Source: Candidatus Bathyarchaeota archaeon (GTDB lineage Archaea > Thermoproteota > Bathyarchaeia > Bathyarchaeales > Bathycorpusculaceae). From it: a stretch of 64,000 nt of DNA. The DNA is taken from positions 128,001 through 192,000 of the forward strand of contig CAWHVC010000003.1 in the NCBI GenBank assembly GCA_963832745.1, in the 5' to 3' direction. The position numbers and the translations under genes were made by a program. The notes under the pieces were generated by a model that saw only the letters and a list, made by a program, of their open reading frames with translations, did no database searches and had not been told where the DNA came from. Below are positions 10,133 through 17,440 of this stretch, in pieces (position 1 is the stretch's first letter; every line of letters starts with the position of its first letter).

Positions 10133-10416
10133 TGGTAAAGGTGACGGTTCAAAGAAAATGTGAGTTGGTAATTAACCAACTCATAACAAAAGGCTTCCTA
10201 ATTCAAGTTAACCAAAATCACCTTGATGCCGCAATAATGAGAACGCTTAGAGTGATGGATAAGCGAACAATCAAGAACGTCAAAGATGCAATGGTTTGTT
10301 TGGAATACTTAACGGTAACAGCGCCAGAAGTTTACAAGCTCAATCTTGATGCAATCACAGAAAAAGCGACCCTTGAAGAACTGAAAAGCCGACAGGTGAC
10401 AATCAATGAATGCTGA
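10132..10416 (+). CDS. Viral small winged-helix-like protein
   Basis: GAGG SD before ATG 10132; helix-helix-beta hairpin pattern; aligns ungapped with host ORF 45822-46067. Confidence 0.55.
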   Translation: MVKVTVQRKCELVINQLITKGFLIQVNQNHLDAAIMRTLRVMDKRTIKNVKDAMVCLEYLTVTAPEVYKLNLDAITEKATLEELKSRQVTINEC

Positions 10417-10672
10417 AAGACAAGGAATCTTAGTTAACCGTTTAGACTCTATAGAAAAAGAGTATAAATGGGGTAATAAAGACAAAGCATTCCATTACTT
10501 GACGGAAATCTTGAAAGAAGTCATTAGAGAAGAAAGCCAAGATAACCAACGAATCAGCGATTTAATAAACATAACAAAAGAGCATAACGACAACATCAAC
10601 AATCACAGCCAAGCCTTAACGGAACTACAATCAAAGGAGCATGTTCATAATGGAAAGTCTAAAAATAAATAA
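10406..10672 (+). CDS. Viral hypothetical coiled-coil protein
   Basis: GGTGA SD, overlapping ORF chain. Confidence 0.6.
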   Translation: MNAERQGILVNRLDSIEKEYKWGNKDKAFHYLTEILKEVIREESQDNQRISDLINITKEHNDNINNHSQALTELQSKEHVHNGKSKNK

Positions 10673-10832
10673 GAAAAGGACTTTCCGAGTACGAATAAAC
10701 CGTACAGATACAAGAAAAGGCGAACCCTACCTATCCTTAGTAGCATTAACTGATAGATACATCGAATTAGAGTTTCAAAGTGACGCTAACATACAGCCAG
10801 AACTTAAACCATTAATGGAGAGAGAAAATTGA
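10650..10832 (+). CDS. Viral hypothetical protein
   Basis: AAGGAG upstream of ATG; overlaps the previous ORF. Confidence 0.45.
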   Translation: MESLKINKKRTFRVRINRTDTRKGEPYLSLVALTDRYIELEFQSDANIQPELKPLMEREN

Positions 10833-10974
10833 GTATTATTCTTTCTTTCTCTAACAGTAACACACACTCACACACACAAACTTTAGGTAAGGAAATGAAG
10901 CGGTCTTTAGAGGTTCATTGGAACGGAAAAATTCCTTTGCCTAAAACCGTTAAAACCTTCTTAGGAGCTAAACA

Positions 10975-11610
10975 ATGACAATTTTTCCACGCCTAACCAT
11001 GCCAGCAAACCGAGTTTACAAAGATTGCTGGGCAATCATCGGAATGCGGCAAAGCGGCAAAACAAATTTTCTAAAATGGCTCTTAAGCCAAAGCCACGCA
11101 AGATATACAATCTTTAACACAATCGGCGCAATCAAAGATTGGCAACCACTACACCCCAAAATTCAACGCATCGTCACCCCTAACGGCTGGGAAGATATAC
11201 AAGCATGTTTCAGCAAAACAGCTAAAGAAGTATGGAAGCAAGGCAATCAACAATTCATTATTGACGATATCGCAGTAAGGCACGATGTAAAAGGCAAACT
11301 TAAGCCCTTTTTAACTGATAAGTTTTGGATGCATAGCGAGCTTGCTAAAATAATGAATCAAGGCGGCAACCGAAATATCAGTTTATGGTTAAAGGCTCAA
11401 AGAGTCGCACAAGTTCACAACGACCTATTAAGCAACTGCGACCACCATGTAATCTTTAAGCTCTATTTGCCGCAAGATATTGATTGGTATTCTGGCGTAA
11501 TTCCAAAAACGGTTGTTGAAGCAAGCAAAGACCTTCCCGAACACGAATTTATTTATTACAGGCTGGGCGAGCAACCACAGTTTTGCAAAGCCGTTAAAAG
11601 GATGGTCTAA
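10975..11610 (+). CDS. Genome-packaging ATPase, A32/FtsK-HerA superfamily
   Basis: Walker A GMRQSGKT, Walker B FIIDD, GGNRNISLWLKAQR segment typical of FtsK/HerA-type viral ATPases; ~210 aa, directly upstream of the MCP. Confidence 0.85.
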   Translation: MTIFPRLTMPANRVYKDCWAIIGMRQSGKTNFLKWLLSQSHARYTIFNTIGAIKDWQPLHPKIQRIVTPNGWEDIQACFSKTAKEVWKQGNQQFIIDDIAVRHDVKGKLKPFLTDKFWMHSELAKIMNQGGNRNISLWLKAQRVAQVHNDLLSNCDHHVIFKLYLPQDIDWYSGVIPKTVVEASKDLPEHEFIYYRLGEQPQFCKAVKRMV

Positions 11611-11629
11611 CCGTCAAGACCTGACCGCC

Positions 11630-11665
11630 TTACAGACTTCCAAACCCCTTTTTACAGACTTCCAA
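11630..11665 (+). promoter_or_regulatory. 14-bp direct repeat TTACAGACTTCCAA x2 upstream of the capsid gene TATA box
   Basis: Exact copies at 11630-11643 and 11652-11665; TTTTTAAA at ~11679. Confidence 0.5.
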
Positions 11666-11756
11666 CTTTAAGCGACTCTTTTTAAACATTACGACAACCG
11701 TTCTTAAGAGGGCAAAAAGATACGGTTTACGAAAAGTTTTAGGAGAAAACGTAAAA

Positions 11757-12632
11757 GTGGCATTTAGAAAAATATTTGAAAAATTCTCCATAAAAACCGA
11801 TAAAATAAAAGCAAATACACTAAGCTCAACCACACAAAGCACCGCAGACACAGCCGAAACCGTCACCCTTGAACTCCCCAAAAACAAACTCATTTACGGC
11901 GTTGACCTAAGAGTAACCAAAGACACAGACAGCACACTCGTTGACAACATCAACGAAATAAGAGTATTCCTAAACGGCAACCTCATAATCAAAAAATACG
12001 CTGGCGTTGTCGCAAAAGCAATCGCACTTTTGAACGGTCAAAAATGTTCAACAGGCTTCTACAAAATCTATTTTGTTGACCCACAACTCGGCGGCTCACC
12101 AATCCCAGCAGACGCATTAACCACATTCACTGTGGAAATTGATGTTGCAAAGGCAGGCGCAGGCGTAAAGAACGTTATCACACCAACATTGCTGGAAGGC
12201 TTCAAAGAATCTTTCCCACTGGCACTTAACAAAATCTTAGTTGAAAAATACAGCATTTCCAAAGCATACGGAACCGACACAGGCGAACAAGAATACGGTC
12301 ACGAAAGAACCCAAGACATTCTCGGCTTAATCTACGACTTAGGCGATAACGGCACACGAAGCGACACAGCATTCAGTTACTTAACCCTTGAAGGCAAAAG
12401 CCGCACCGAAGAAATCACCCCATACAGCAAAATGGCATTCAACCAAATTAAAGAACTCAACACCCAAGAAAGCAACGGAAACGCCCTTGCAACTGGAATC
12501 TTTGCTTTAACCTTCCCCGAAGGATTAGCCAGTTACAGATTCACCGAACTAAGAAGCCTCTTGAACATTGCCAGCGCTGGAACCAACTGCACAGCCAAAG
12601 TAATTGAGCGCTTCCTAATCAGCGCCCAATAA
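11757..12632 (+). CDS. Putative double-jelly-roll major capsid protein (PM2 P2/STIV-like)
   Basis: 291 aa, all-beta pattern; TLELP-x4-YGVDLR...INEIRVFLNG...GFYKIYF..P...LTTFTVEID resembles the PM2 P2 N-terminal jelly roll (SIKLP..YEVIDLR..IKNVRVELDG..SFHF..P..LTTCEIKFD, from memory); lies between the ATPase and membrane proteins. Confidence 0.78.
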   Translation: MAFRKIFEKFSIKTDKIKANTLSSTTQSTADTAETVTLELPKNKLIYGVDLRVTKDTDSTLVDNINEIRVFLNGNLIIKKYAGVVAKAIALLNGQKCSTGFYKIYFVDPQLGGSPIPADALTTFTVEIDVAKAGAGVKNVITPTLLEGFKESFPLALNKILVEKYSISKAYGTDTGEQEYGHERTQDILGLIYDLGDNGTRSDTAFSYLTLEGKSRTEEITPYSKMAFNQIKELNTQESNGNALATGIFALTFPEGLASYRFTELRSLLNIASAGTNCTAKVIERFLISAQ

Positions 12633-12648
12633 GGTGAGGTGAAAAAAC

Positions 12649-12882
12649 ATGGCACAACAAGTTAAATCCCAAGTTCAAACCCTAAGCAACCGCCTTTTCA
12701 CTTTAGGCGGCACTCACCGAGCAGGTCAACACAGCCTAACAGACGGCGAAATCGTTTGCGCCGCAATCGCAGGCATAATGATTTTTGCCCCTTCAATGTG
12801 GGCGAAAATGCCACTTGTCGGCAAATACGGAAGCGCAATGATAGCCTTTGCAATCATGGTAATCGCCTTCATAATTTGGTAA
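12649..12882 (+). CDS. Viral membrane protein (2 TM)
   Basis: GGTGAGGTGA SD; two hydrophobic segments. Confidence 0.75.
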   Translation: MAQQVKSQVQTLSNRLFTLGGTHRAGQHSLTDGEIVCAAIAGIMIFAPSMWAKMPLVGKYGSAMIAFAIMVIAFIIW

Positions 12883-12896
12883 GGAGCCCCGAGAAA

Positions 12897-12968
12897 ATGC
12901 CACAAAAAAACATGATTTTGATTGCAGTAGCGGCTTTGCTACTGCTCAGCTTTATGAACTGGCTCTAA
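12897..12968 (+). CDS. Viral small membrane peptide (23 aa)
   Basis: AAGGAG upstream; MPQKNMILIAVAALLLLSFMNWL. Confidence 0.5.
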   Translation: MPQKNMILIAVAALLLLSFMNWL

Positions 12969-13018
12969 GTCAGTTCACCCCACTTTTTTTAGTTAAAATT
13001 TAAGGGAGAACTTCAAAA

Positions 13019-13278
13019 ATGTACAAACTTCAAGCTCCAAAAATAAAATTAAGCCCTTTTTCAACGATTCGAGCCGTTGCAGAAGGGGCAAGCGTAAAGT
13101 CCAAAACTGGAAGGATGAAGTTGCAGACGCAGGCATTATCGCAGGCGTAACCTTTTTCGGCACTATAGGCGGTACGGCGGCAACAGGTGCGGCAAACATT
13201 GAAGGTGCATTGATAGCGGCTGGAAGCATATTCTTTACAATTCTTGCATTGAAACGAGGCTTAGTTAAGGAAGAATAA
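13019..13278 (+). CDS. Viral 2-TM membrane protein requiring a -1 frameshift (or a 1-bp deletion)
   Basis: SD AGGGAG + ATG 13019 (0-frame stop 13148-13150). The -1 frame encodes ...WKDEVADAGIIAGVTFFG...LIAAGSIFFTILALKRGLVKEE* with no ATG/GTG/TTG before the first TM. Slippery heptamer C CCT TTT at 13054-13060. Confidence 0.5.
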
Positions 13279-13280
13279 TC

Positions 13281-13505
13281 ATGGTTGCCGCCGCAGTTTT
13301 AGCCGCCCTTGACATCACAGCCGAGGCATGGAAGCGCTTAACGCCAGAGCAAAAGAAGAAACTTAGAGCGAAATATGACGAGGGCGCAAAAGGATTAGCT
13401 AAAGCATGGGCTAAAACTTGGGCTAAAAATACAAAAAACGCAAAAAAGACCGTTAAAACGGTTTCTAAGACTTTTGCAAAGAAAAAGGGCAAGGGGAAAC
13501 GCTAA
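13281..13505 (+). CDS. Viral small highly basic protein (possible core/DNA-binding)
   Basis: 74 aa, Lys-rich C-terminus. Confidence 0.65.
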   Translation: MVAAAVLAALDITAEAWKRLTPEQKKKLRAKYDEGAKGLAKAWAKTWAKNTKNAKKTVKTVSKTFAKKKGKGKR

Positions 13506-13507
13506 AA

Positions 13508-14302
13508 ATGGTTTGGATTAACCATCAAACCCCCAGCAACTACACAAACCGCCATAGAGATTGGTATCAAGGCGTTTTTCAAGGGGTAGTACACGCTTTT
13601 GCATTGTCAGAAGAATACCGCTATTATCTAAGCATGGAAAAAGAATGCGTAGAAATCAATGCTTGGTTTGCGGCTGACTTCTTAGGCATTCTTAGCTGGC
13701 TGAAAAACTTTTTAATTGACACCAAACGCAAAGCATACCAAAACGGTTACGTTGACGCATACGACCAAGCCGCCCTTTCAGCTTGTAAGGTCATGGAGTC
13801 AACCGAAGGACAAGCCAAAGAGCTTCTTAACAGCATAAACAACGCCTACAACAAAGCCATTTCTGAATCTCAAAAAATGGTTACAAACGTCAGCGACTAC
13901 ATTAACAAGAACATAACCCCCGCCCTAAGTGATGCCCAAACCGCAGTTTCAAACATTAAAACCCAAGTAAACGGCGTTGTAACCCAAATTAACGGCATAA
14001 GCTCACAAGCTCAAAGCGCTCTTAACAACGCAAAAACAGCCTTATCCAACGCCGACAGCGCAGTAAATTACATCAATAACACGATTGTGCCGAGTCTAAA
14101 CAACAAGACAAAGCAGATTGACAGCCTTTTAAGTGATGCACAGAGCAAAGCCAGCCAAATAAGCGTTTTAGGCGTTGACATCGGCAAAGTCAAAGAACGT
14201 TTAGCGGCTTTAGAGAAAGGGCAAACCGTAACCACTGGAAGCACAAGCCCAACCGACAGCATCAAAGACACAATTTCCTCAATTTTTAGACCAAAAAATT
14301 AA
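13508..14302 (+). CDS. Viral coiled-coil structural protein
   Basis: Long Ala/Ser/Asn-rich amphipathic helical repeats. Confidence 0.7.
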   Translation: MVWINHQTPSNYTNRHRDWYQGVFQGVVHAFALSEEYRYYLSMEKECVEINAWFAADFLGILSWLKNFLIDTKRKAYQNGYVDAYDQAALSACKVMESTEGQAKELLNSINNAYNKAISESQKMVTNVSDYINKNITPALSDAQTAVSNIKTQVNGVVTQINGISSQAQSALNNAKTALSNADSAVNYINNTIVPSLNNKTKQIDSLLSDAQSKASQISVLGVDIGKVKERLAALEKGQTVTTGSTSPTDSIKDTISSIFRPKN

Positions 14303-14323
14303 CTTTTTCGGAGAGAAAAAAAA

Positions 14324-14482
14324 TTGTTTGACCTACAAAACTTTAACATTGAAACTTTGAAAAATTTAGCAAACCAACACCAAAAAGAGTTAATCATAGT
14401 GGCTCTTGTGGGTGCGGCTTTGCTGTTAGTTTGTATTGCCAAAAAGCAAAAAGTATCACTTAGCGAGGTAGCCAACGCATGA
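14324..14482 (+). CDS. Viral small membrane protein (52 aa)
   Basis: Hand-translated; GGAG + TTG; LIIVALVGAALLLVCIA TM; ATGA overlap with the next gene. Confidence 0.55.
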   Translation: MFDLQNFNIETLKNLANQHQKELIIVALVGAALLLVCIAKKQKVSLSEVANA

Positions 14483-15060
14483 CCGTAATTGACAGCTTCT
14501 TTGATTGGCTTGAAGCCATAGTCAAGCCTAAGCCAGCAACAACTCAGCCCACAGAGACAGGTTTTGAACTGCAACCCGTCATAGAACAAACCGTCATAGC
14601 ACCCAACCCAACCCCAGCCGAAACAATACAGCCATTAACACCAATCACGCCAGCCGACCCCGAACCAACAACCCAACCCAGCACACCCTTTAACAGCTTC
14701 ACTTACAACGATAGCCCAACAGTGACCCCAACGGCAACCCAGCAAACGGCAACACCCCCAGCAGACGCAACACAAGCGCCAGTAGGCAAAGGAATTTGGC
14801 AAATAAACTTGAACTATGGCTTCATAAGGAAAGTCAACGAGCCAGAGGACTATCACTTAGAATATGGCGGCGCTAACGGTACACGCTTTGATATTGGCAC
14901 TGTCGGAATTTACGCAGATGGCATTAACAAAGCTGGCGTTCTTAGCAAAGCTGACATGATAGAGCATCAAGCCAAAGGCGGCAACATTGCAAAAGCTGAA
15001 TCTGGCTGGAATAAGGCGGCAATAGCTGACGCAGAAACCTTAAGGAGGGTTGTTCAATGA
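14479..15060 (+). CDS. Viral Pro/Thr-rich protein
   Basis: GAGGT SD; PT-rich linker + C-terminal globular part. Confidence 0.7.
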   Translation: MTVIDSFFDWLEAIVKPKPATTQPTETGFELQPVIEQTVIAPNPTPAETIQPLTPITPADPEPTTQPSTPFNSFTYNDSPTVTPTATQQTATPPADATQAPVGKGIWQINLNYGFIRKVNEPEDYHLEYGGANGTRFDIGTVGIYADGINKAGVLSKADMIEHQAKGGNIAKAESGWNKAAIADAETLRRVVQ

Positions 15061-15806
15061 ACGACACAATAAACGTAACCGTCACAACAACACAAACAGT
15101 CACGCCAATTCAAGGCAAAAAGTACATGATGGTAACCGTTGGCGCTGTTGACGTTCTTGTTAAGACTTGCAAACAGCAAAGTGTTAATGAGGATGGCGAG
15201 TTTTTCAAGCTCAAAGCAAACGGCGTTTACACCCTAAAAGCTGACAACGGCGTTTTCTTCTACGTTATCTGCAAAACTGCCGCTGGCTCAAGTACCCTTG
15301 AGATTGTTGCAAGCAATGACGAACTCTTTTTTCTAAACGACCCCTCGTCATTAGCACAAATTACGCCATACATCTTTAAAGGCACTGGCGGCGCTGTTCC
15401 TGACAACACAAGCCTATACGATGCCCTCACATGGAAACTTCAAAATCCCCCCGCATACATAAATCAAGAAAATCCAGTTCAAAATCAGTATTATACGGTT
15501 CTTGATAGTACTGTGCCAACTCGTATTAAGCAAATGGGTTTTCGTGTTGACACAACAGGCGAAACCGTACTTTGTCGAGTAACTATCGATGGTTTTGTTG
15601 TTTCTGCCGCTCCAAGAGTTGCTACAGCGGGGTCAATGTATTGGTGCTATTTTCAACCTGACTTAGATGGCAACGCTGTTTACAATAGCAGTACACTACC
15701 TACCCCAAACTGGCTTGAAGGCAAGACATTGAAAGTTGAAATTTGCAAAACGACAAATGCGGGCAATGGAAATATTCGTTGTGTTGTAGCTTACGAGACA
15801 AGGTGA
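15057..15806 (+). CDS. Viral beta-rich structural protein (possible penton/spike)
   Basis: Two beta-sandwich-like regions; late-operon position. Confidence 0.55.
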   Translation: MNDTINVTVTTTQTVTPIQGKKYMMVTVGAVDVLVKTCKQQSVNEDGEFFKLKANGVYTLKADNGVFFYVICKTAAGSSTLEIVASNDELFFLNDPSSLAQITPYIFKGTGGAVPDNTSLYDALTWKLQNPPAYINQENPVQNQYYTVLDSTVPTRIKQMGFRVDTTGETVLCRVTIDGFVVSAAPRVATAGSMYWCYFQPDLDGNAVYNSSTLPTPNWLEGKTLKVEICKTTNAGNGNIRCVVAYETR

Positions 15807-15810
15807 TTTT

Positions 15811-16224
15811 TTGAAGCCTTCTTTTTCTTTTTTGGCGGCTATCGGCTGTTTTGGCTTTGCAGTTTTGCTTTTTACACGCATGGACTACCTTGTTAACAAT
15901 ACGCTCTATAAACATGGCTTAAAATTCAGTGATGAATGGTACAGCGAGTACAGTTTGTTGTATGCGTTGCTGTTTCAGTTGACGATTGCTTTGATTTATT
16001 TGTGGACTCGTAGCTGGAAACTTTGCTTAGTTCTTGAAGCCTTTGTCTTGTCAAGCTGTCAGGACTTTGTTTATTTTGGTCTTTGGGAAGGCGGCAAGTT
16101 TCCGTCAGGGGATTGGGATTGGATGCCGTTGTTTAAGACTTTTGGGCATTGGACTACTAAAGACCAGTTAGCGTTTAGTGGTTTGGCGTTGGCTGGGGCT
16201 GGCGTTGTGGCGAAGGTGGCTTAA
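15811..16224 (+). CDS. Viral multi-TM membrane protein
   Basis: AGGTGA SD; 3-4 hydrophobic segments. Confidence 0.7.
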   Translation: MKPSFSFLAAIGCFGFAVLLFTRMDYLVNNTLYKHGLKFSDEWYSEYSLLYALLFQLTIALIYLWTRSWKLCLVLEAFVLSSCQDFVYFGLWEGGKFPSGDWDWMPLFKTFGHWTTKDQLAFSGLALAGAGVVAKVA

Positions 16225-16226
16225 AA

Positions 16227-16874
16227 GTGGGTTTGTTTGATTCCTTTTTTTCACCGAATCCCCCGACTCCAAGCGGCAAGAGTTGCACGGGTTGTTTTTG
16301 GAGTGGCTATCAAGGCAAGATTTGCCGAAAACCCGTTAAGCCTGCACCGATTTTAAACGTTGGACATGCTGATTTGTGCGTTAATTATACGACTACGCCG
16401 CCCACTTTTGACAGCACAACTTACACGGCTGTTGAAGCGGTTAAGACGGCGGTTGATGAAAACAAGATAGCTTTATTGGCAAAACCGACTTTTAGCACGG
16501 TGACGGCGAGTGATAACCTTTTGGTTAGTAGTGATGCTGAAATCGTTACGACTTTGACGGTGTACACTAAGTTTAAGGAGTTTAGGGTACAGGTGAACGG
16601 CAAATACAGGGTAACGTTTGATTTGACAATTGTTGGTACGTATGGCACTTACAGTGCTTTTGGACAGGTTTGGAAAAATGGCGCTCCTTATGGAGTTGAA
16701 GCTACAAATAATTCGGGAAATTGGCATACTCGGAGTGATGATTTGGATTTTGTTGTTGGCGATTTGGTGCAGTTGTACGGCAAAGTCTATGTTAGCGGTA
16801 TTGAGTGTCACTTGAAGAATTTTAGGTTGTACGGTTCTATTTCTGGCAATGTTGCCTTTGAAAACCCTGTTTAA
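16227..16874 (+). CDS. Viral putative spike/receptor-binding protein
   Basis: N-terminal Cys cluster, C-terminal beta-sandwich (GKYRVTF...KNG...GDLVQLY). Confidence 0.55.
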   Translation: MGLFDSFFSPNPPTPSGKSCTGCFWSGYQGKICRKPVKPAPILNVGHADLCVNYTTTPPTFDSTTYTAVEAVKTAVDENKIALLAKPTFSTVTASDNLLVSSDAEIVTTLTVYTKFKEFRVQVNGKYRVTFDLTIVGTYGTYSAFGQVWKNGAPYGVEATNNSGNWHTRSDDLDFVVGDLVQLYGKVYVSGIECHLKNFRLYGSISGNVAFENPV

Positions 16875-16876
16875 AC

Positions 16877-17059
16877 CTATGTTTCACCCAGCTTTTTTAT
16901 TTTTGTCTCAACGGATGGTTTGCCTTCGTTGGCACACCAGCGATATAGTTTAGAAATGCTGTCTATTCCGATTTTTTCAAGTATTTTCTTGTTCTCGTTG
17001 AATAAATTTGTAAATTCTTTGTAGTCTTTGGGGGGGATGCGTATTGTTGTTGCTGGCAT
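16877..17059 (-). CDS. Viral ribbon-helix-helix-like repressor candidate
   Basis: MPATTIRIP beta-strand, GIDSISKL helix; only clear minus-strand gene of the element, divergent from the integrase. Confidence 0.6.
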   Translation of the reverse strand: MPATTIRIPPKDYKEFTNLFNENKKILEKIGIDSISKLYRWCANEGKPSVETKIKKLGET

Positions 17060-17248
17060 GGTTGCTTTGATAGGTTGTAAATGGTTTTATTGTTTTTGAT
17101 ATGGTTGTAAACGTTTGTGATTTTTTGATTACATTAATATACGTGGCTGGTTTTTTTCATTTTAACTGTAGTCTCTTAGGTTGGAACTATCAGTTCTAAC
17201 ACACCGTTTAAGAACAGCAAAAAGGTTTGATGGCTGAAAACAATCCTT

Positions 17249-17320
17249 AGGAAAGTAGGCAACGCCGCCCCAAAAAGACATTTGGTGACATCAGATTGAT
17301 GCGGTCTTGCCTACTCCCCT
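17249..17320 (-). ncRNA. Putative viral antisense sRNA (hairpin with guide loop)
   Basis: 14-bp terminal stem that pairs fully only on the minus strand (two G-U pairs) plus a 4-bp inner stem. Upstream minus-strand BRE/TATA GAGAAAGGCTTAATA (17343-17357). Loop is complementary to 7394-7411 and 17427-17444. Confidence 0.6.
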
Positions 17321-17440
17321 TACTCATTTTCTTTTGAAGTCTTATTAAGCCTTTCTCCAAAACTCGAGGTATTCTCAAAACGGTTAAGGGTTAACGTTTA
17401 TATGCTAACTTGCCTCTTCCTATGGCTTGGTGACATCGGA

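Larger units (their letters stand above)
9751..10882. repeat. Inverted TG/CA microsatellite-like repeats (9751-9775 and 10860-10882)
   Basis: AGTTTGTGTGTGTGTGAGTGTGTGT vs reverse complement of ACACACACTCACACACACAAACT; identical except for one TG unit. Confidence 0.75.

Noticed and set aside
10908-10916. TAGAGGTTC as another copy of the dispersed repeat
   Set aside because: Only 9 bp match; the core and right half are absent.
17402-17440. ATG 17402 as the integrase start
   Set aside because: It lies within the TATA box; the GGTGA SD points to TTG 17441.
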